The notes under the pieces are model-generated. The model was not told where the DNA came from. It worked only from the letters and a program-made list of their open reading frames with translations, and did no database searches. Below, piece by piece: positions 59,457-64,000 of a stretch of 64,000 bases of DNA (positions within the stretch are counted from its first letter, which is position 1; each line of letters begins with the position of its first letter). Location of the stretch: assembly GCA_025594325.1 (NCBI GenBank), contig JANHCV010000006.1, positions 1,674,001 to 1,738,000 on the forward strand, read 5' to 3'. A program made the position numbers and the translations under genes. This DNA comes from Blastocladiella emersonii ATCC 22665 (lineage: Eukaryota > Fungi > Blastocladiomycota).

Positions 59457-60034
59457 CGCGCGCGTCGGTGCGAGGGATCGGTTGCAGGCAGTCGCGCTGC
59501 TGGTAGTAGGGCGCGATCCGCTCGCAGGGCGGGGTATGCGAGGGAAACGGCGGACCCGAACGGCGCCGCGCGAAGACGAAAAAAAGGGCGAGGGAGGGCT
59601 GAAACGGGCGCGCGCGTGGCGTCACCTGACGCGTGCCTCGCGCGACGCGTCTCGCGCGTTTTCGCGGCCACCACGCGTGATCCGGCCGCTGATCGTCGTC
59701 GGGTCTCCGTGGCCTCCCCCGTTGTCTCCGCGCGGATCGACGGAGGCCGAGCTGGGGCCCGCTCGGAGGCTCAGCGCGAGCACTCCCTCAACTCTCCTGC
59801 TTCGCCCCGACTTGGGGACGGAGTGCGCGGTGCGCCGAGCGATGACTCCACACTCGCCCCGGAACTCCTCGTCGGAGGTCAGGGTCGGGATGGAGCTCTA
59901 CGCACCATCATGCCCGAATCATACCGGCGTCATGGTCGCAGTATCGTTGACGACGATGGCCGCAATAAAACCCGGCCGTCGTCATATGCGACGTCTTGTT
60001 CCTCACTAGATCAACCTAGACATCAATATCCACC

Positions 60035-61492
60035 ATGAAGGCAGAGCTGGCGCGCACCCTCGCCGCGCTGTACTCGCATCACGCGACAGCGCCGGGCACC
60101 GAGCCGCCCGCGGCCCTGATCGCGGCGCTGATCCAGCTCGTCCGCGACGATGACCAGCCCACCGTCGAGAGCCCGATGTGCACGGCCAACGAGTACGGCA
60201 TGACTGCCTTCCACTTTGCCGTGCAGCGCGGGTGGACCGCCGTGGTCGAGGCCATGCTCGACAAGCTCGCCGCCGCCCCGGACCACCTCGCGCAGCTGTG
60301 TGCCCCCGCTGCGCGCGGTCTGTCGCCCATCATGCTCGCCGCGCTCGAGGGCAATGCGCCCATGCTCCAGCTACTTCTCGCGCGGACATGCACCCCGGCC
60401 GACGCGGGGGCGACCGTGAACCGCCCGCTCATGCTCAACGGGTGGACGGCGCTGCACTACGCGGCGGCCGCCGTCGACCACCCGGTCGCCACGGTCGCAG
60501 CGCTCGCCAAGCTGCCCGGCGTCAACCTCGGCGCGCGCACATGGCACTCGACGTCGCCGGGCGACATTGCGCGCGAGTGGGACCCGGCGCTGCTGCGGTC
60601 GTCGGGCGGGACCAGCGGGAGCAGCAAGCTCGGCGTCAGCCAGGGTTCGACGGGCAGCAGCAACGGAAGCGCCGCGTCGCCGTATGCGTCGCCGAGCGTG
60701 TCGCTGTCCATGTCGCTCTCGGCGTCGCAGGACCAATCCAACTGGCTCAGCGCCACGCTCACGTCGTCGGCGTTCCAGATCGACGCGGCGCTGCCCAAGT
60801 CGCCCCTGCTCGCGCGGATCCCCGCCATGCCCGCGGCTGCCGAGCCCATGTCCAGCACGTCCTCGCCGTCGTCGAGTGGTGCGTCGCGCCTCCTCCGCGT
60901 CGCGGCCGTCGCGAGCAACCTGCCGCGCCAGCACCCGTTCTGGGACGTGCTGCGGCGCCAGGACCCCGTCGACCTCAAGGCCGTGCTCGCGCTGCCGCCG
61001 TTCGCCGAGGCCATGGTCGGCAGCAGTAGTGGCGACCCGGCCACGGACCTGATCCTGTCCCCGCCGCCGCTGCTCGCGCAGCAGGGCAGCTCGGCCGACA
61101 TGAGCAGCACGGGAAGCGTCGCGGACCCGGCATCTGTCTCAGCTGCCCTCAACACATCAGCGTCGTCCAAGTCGAGCGGCGGGCGCAGCGGGAGCGCGTT
61201 CCAGTGGCTGCGCAAGCTGACGGTCAAGCGGCCGACGACGGCGGGCGACGCCGAGGCGCTCGCCGGCGACGCGTCGTCGTCGCTCCCGCCCAGCCCGTCC
61301 GCGTCGTACCCGCCGGGCCCGGGGCTCGCGGCGAGCTCGGGCGGCGGGATGCTGGGCCAGATCTACGGGTCCATGGACCCCGCGTCGTCGCCCACGGACC
61401 CGTACGAGCCCGTGCGCGCGGCGAATCTCCAGCGGCTGCGCGAGCTCGGGCTCGAGACGGCTGTCGTTAAACCGGCGGGCCCAGGGATGTGA
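60035..61492 (+). CDS. Ankyrin-repeat protein with a Ser-rich C-terminal half
   Basis: Ankyrin units YGMTAFHFAVQRGWTAVVEAML, GLSPIMLAALEGNAPMLQLLL and NGWTALHYAAA. Confidence 0.8.
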   Translation: MKAELARTLAALYSHHATAPGTEPPAALIAALIQLVRDDDQPTVESPMCTANEYGMTAFHFAVQRGWTAVVEAMLDKLAAAPDHLAQLCAPAARGLSPIMLAALEGNAPMLQLLLARTCTPADAGATVNRPLMLNGWTALHYAAAAVDHPVATVAALAKLPGVNLGARTWHSTSPGDIAREWDPALLRSSGGTSGSSKLGVSQGSTGSSNGSAASPYASPSVSLSMSLSASQDQSNWLSATLTSSAFQIDAALPKSPLLARIPAMPAAAEPMSSTSSPSSSGASRLLRVAAVASNLPRQHPFWDVLRRQDPVDLKAVLALPPFAEAMVGSSSGDPATDLILSPPPLLAQQGSSADMSSTGSVADPASVSAALNTSASSKSSGGRSGSAFQWLRKLTVKRPTTAGDAEALAGDASSSLPPSPSASYPPGPGLAASSGGGMLGQIYGSMDPASSPTDPYEPVRAANLQRLRELGLETAVVKPAGPGM

Positions 61493-61765
61493 TTTGGAGG
61501 GATAATAGATGTATTATACAGGCGTGTGAACCTAACGCAATGGATTAGCGGATATCCCACCTGAGCAGCAGGTGACCCGTTTCCGCGCGCCGCTTGCAGC
61601 CTTTGCGCGATCGTCGCTCAGCGCGGCCGACCCGTTCGCCGCGAGACCTCACCCACCTCCCAGCGACCCCCCGCACCACTACCCCCCGCCGCACTCTGTG
61701 CATCTCGCCCGGCGCACCTATACCTTGCCGGATCGCCGACTGACTGCGGGAGCCGAACTGAGAGA

Positions 61766-64000
61766 ATGACCCAGCGCTCCGACGGCAGCGCGGCCGCCGC
61801 GGGCTACCACCCGCCGGCCTACGACCTCGCGGACCTCTTTGGCGATGGTCCGTCTCTGTTCCAACCTTCCACGAAAGACTGCGTCTAACCATCTCGCCGA
61901 GTGTATAGCCGCGCGGTGCACCGCCAACTACTTCACGGCGACCGACCTCGAGGCGACGCACGGGCAGCACATGGCGTCGGGCGCGCGCGACGTACAGCTG
62001 CTGGTCGAGTCCAAGTACGTGCCGCTGCCGCGCGACCTGGTCAACGAGCTGGCCAAGCTCGAGTGCCGGTGCTTCATGGGCCTGCTGCCCGCGCTGCGCC
62101 GCGCCTGGGTCTCGGTCGACGGCCGCCTGTACCTGTGGGACTACGAGCGCAACGACTACCTGCTGATCAAGACCCTGCCGCACGTCATCACCGCCGTCGG
62201 CCTCGTCAAGCCCGCCAAGGACGTGTTCGTCGACGACATTAAGTACCTGCTCGTCGTCGCCACCGCCGGGCACGTCTACCTCGACTGCGTCAAGATCAAG
62301 AAGGCCGGCGGATCTAACGGGACCGCCGCGACGGGCTGCCCCGTCTTCACCGACGCCGGCATCTCGGTCGCCGCCGACGGCGCCTCGTTCCGCACCATCC
62401 ACGGGTCGCGTGACGGCCGCATCTTCATGGGCGGCATCGACGGCCACGTCTACGAGCTGCTGTACCAGGGCAGCTCCAGCGTGTGGTCGGCGCTGCCCAC
62501 GCTGCTCGGCGGGTCGGGCGGCCGCCGCAAGCTGCAGAAGGTGAACCACACCAAGCCGCTGCTCGCCAACTTCGCGCCCTCGTTCGCGTACCAGCTCGCG
62601 CAGCTCGTCAGCTCCACCATCAGCGAGGACCCGATCCGCGACATGGCCGTGCACGACGAGTACAGCCTGCTCTTCACGCTGCACGACAGTCAGAAGATCT
62701 ACGTGCGGTCCATGTCCTTCTCCGGCAAACACACGGCCGTCGCCGACAAGCTGCTCGAGCACGCCGCCTCGGTCTGCGTGCAGTCGCCGCTCACCGACCC
62801 CGCCCGCATGCGCATCGTGTCGCTACACCCCGTCGCCGCCGCCGAGTCGGCCCGCATCCACCTCGTCGCCGTCACCAACACGGCGCTCCGCCTCTACCTC
62901 TCGGTCGAGGTCGACCCCGCCGACAAGTCCCCCAAGCGCCTCGACCTGCAGTACGTCCGCCTCCCGCCCAACCGCGACATCCCGCAGTCGTTTGGCCAGG
63001 CCGCGCGCCACGCCATCTCCTCGCCCATGGCCGCCGGCGGCGTGCTCGGCGGCACCTCGGGGGCTGCGGCCGTGGGCAACGACCGCCAGCCCATCGCCGT
63101 GCGCGATTGGACCACCCCGCCCAACGTGCACATTGCGCACTACGCGCGCGGCCTGCTGCTCGCCGTGCACGCCGGCGCCGGCACCACCGACACGGTGCTC
63201 GCCGCGTCGACCGAGGCCGCGCTCCTCCCGCGCCAGGTCGCGCACCAGTCGGGCGGCGCCCGCACGTTCCCCGCCGAGCGCGCGCACCTGCTGCACCTCG
63301 ACGGCCGCACCCTCGACATGGCCGAGGTCGACCCGGCCACCGCGTCGGTCGTGACCGCCGAAACCCCGCGCGACGAGGATGAGGCGCCGCGCCACGTCCT
63401 GGTCCTCAGCGGCGAGGGCCTGCGGGTGCTCGCCAAGCACCGCCCGCTCGACGAGCTCGCGCACCTCGCGCGCGCCGACGCCCGCGACGTGAGCAAGTTC
63501 GCCGCCGTGTACGGCGCCAACACCACGTGCGCGTGGCTCCTCGCCATGGCGTGCGGGAACACCGGGTTCGTGCACCCGACGCTCCGGTCGGCCAACGGGG
63601 CCTCCTCGGCCGCCGCCGCGCCCACGGCGCCCTCGGCCAATGGGATGACCACCGGGAACAGCAGCGTGTTTGGCCCGACGCCCGCGGGCACCTCGCACGC
63701 GTTCGCCGCGACCGTCCGCCGCCTCTTCTTCCAGACGGGCGGCGCGCCCGTCCAGAAGCCCGCGCCCGCCGCGCAGTCGGACCTCGGCCGCACCCTCGCG
63801 CCCATGCAGACCGAGCCCTCGGCGTGCGCCCGCGGACTCGACCTGTACCTCCACCGCCTCTCTGCGCCCCTTACTAAGCGCACGGTCCTCACGCAGGGCG
63901 TGCACCGCCACTACGAGCTCGGGATCAAGGACGCCGACCTCGCGCGCGCCGAGGCCGAGCTCGCCCGGCTCCGTGCGTTCCTCGACGACTGGCCGCAGGC
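61766..64000 (+). CDS. NUP155: Nucleoporin Nup170/Nup155, 5' part (runs off the window)
   Basis: After a short first exon and intron: MGLLPALRRAWVSVDGRLYLWDY, VGLVKPAKDVF, GRIFMGG..G.VYEL.YQ, and KVNHT. Confidence 0.88.

Noticed and set aside
55899-60038. 1379-aa plus-strand ORF
   Set aside because: Antisense shadow of the Rsc7/PHD gene, with Arg/Gly/Ala-rich non-protein-like composition.
1-64000. tRNA, rRNA, CRISPR, transposase/RT and selenoprotein signals
   Set aside because: GTTCGA-like hits fall in coding sequence or lack a cloverleaf. I saw no rRNA tracts, spaced repeats, DDE/RT motifs, in-frame UGA at redox motifs or SECIS cores.

Overview
This is GC-rich eukaryotic genomic DNA, gene-dense, with short (mostly about 60-95 nt) GT-AG spliceosomal introns. 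Fungal-type genes (Kes1/Osh4, Rsc7/Swp82 domain, UPF0658, Nup170) occur together with an intraflagellar-transport gene (IFT38/CLUAP1), which points to a zoosporic, early-diverging fungus. This taxon call is an inference. About 25 protein-coding genes can be supported. I saw no rRNA, tRNA, CRISPR array or recognisable transposase. Main highlights: (1) a complete animal/Dictyostelium-type 12-TM two-domain adenylyl cyclase with all catalytic residues, about 2.3 kb from a 7-TM GPCR-like gene; (2) a C/D-box snoRNA (snR63/SNORD46-type guide) in the unusually long SUI1 intron; (3) a roughly 300-nt nested multi-stem RNA structure in an RPL14 intron; (4) an Rsc7/Swp82 domain fused to a PHD-finger cluster, a PHF10-like architecture; (5) a recurring 13-nt promoter motif, GAGACGCGTCGCG; (6) lower-GC islands with no recognisable genes. 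All family calls come from motif recognition by eye, with no database search, and exon boundaries were set manually.
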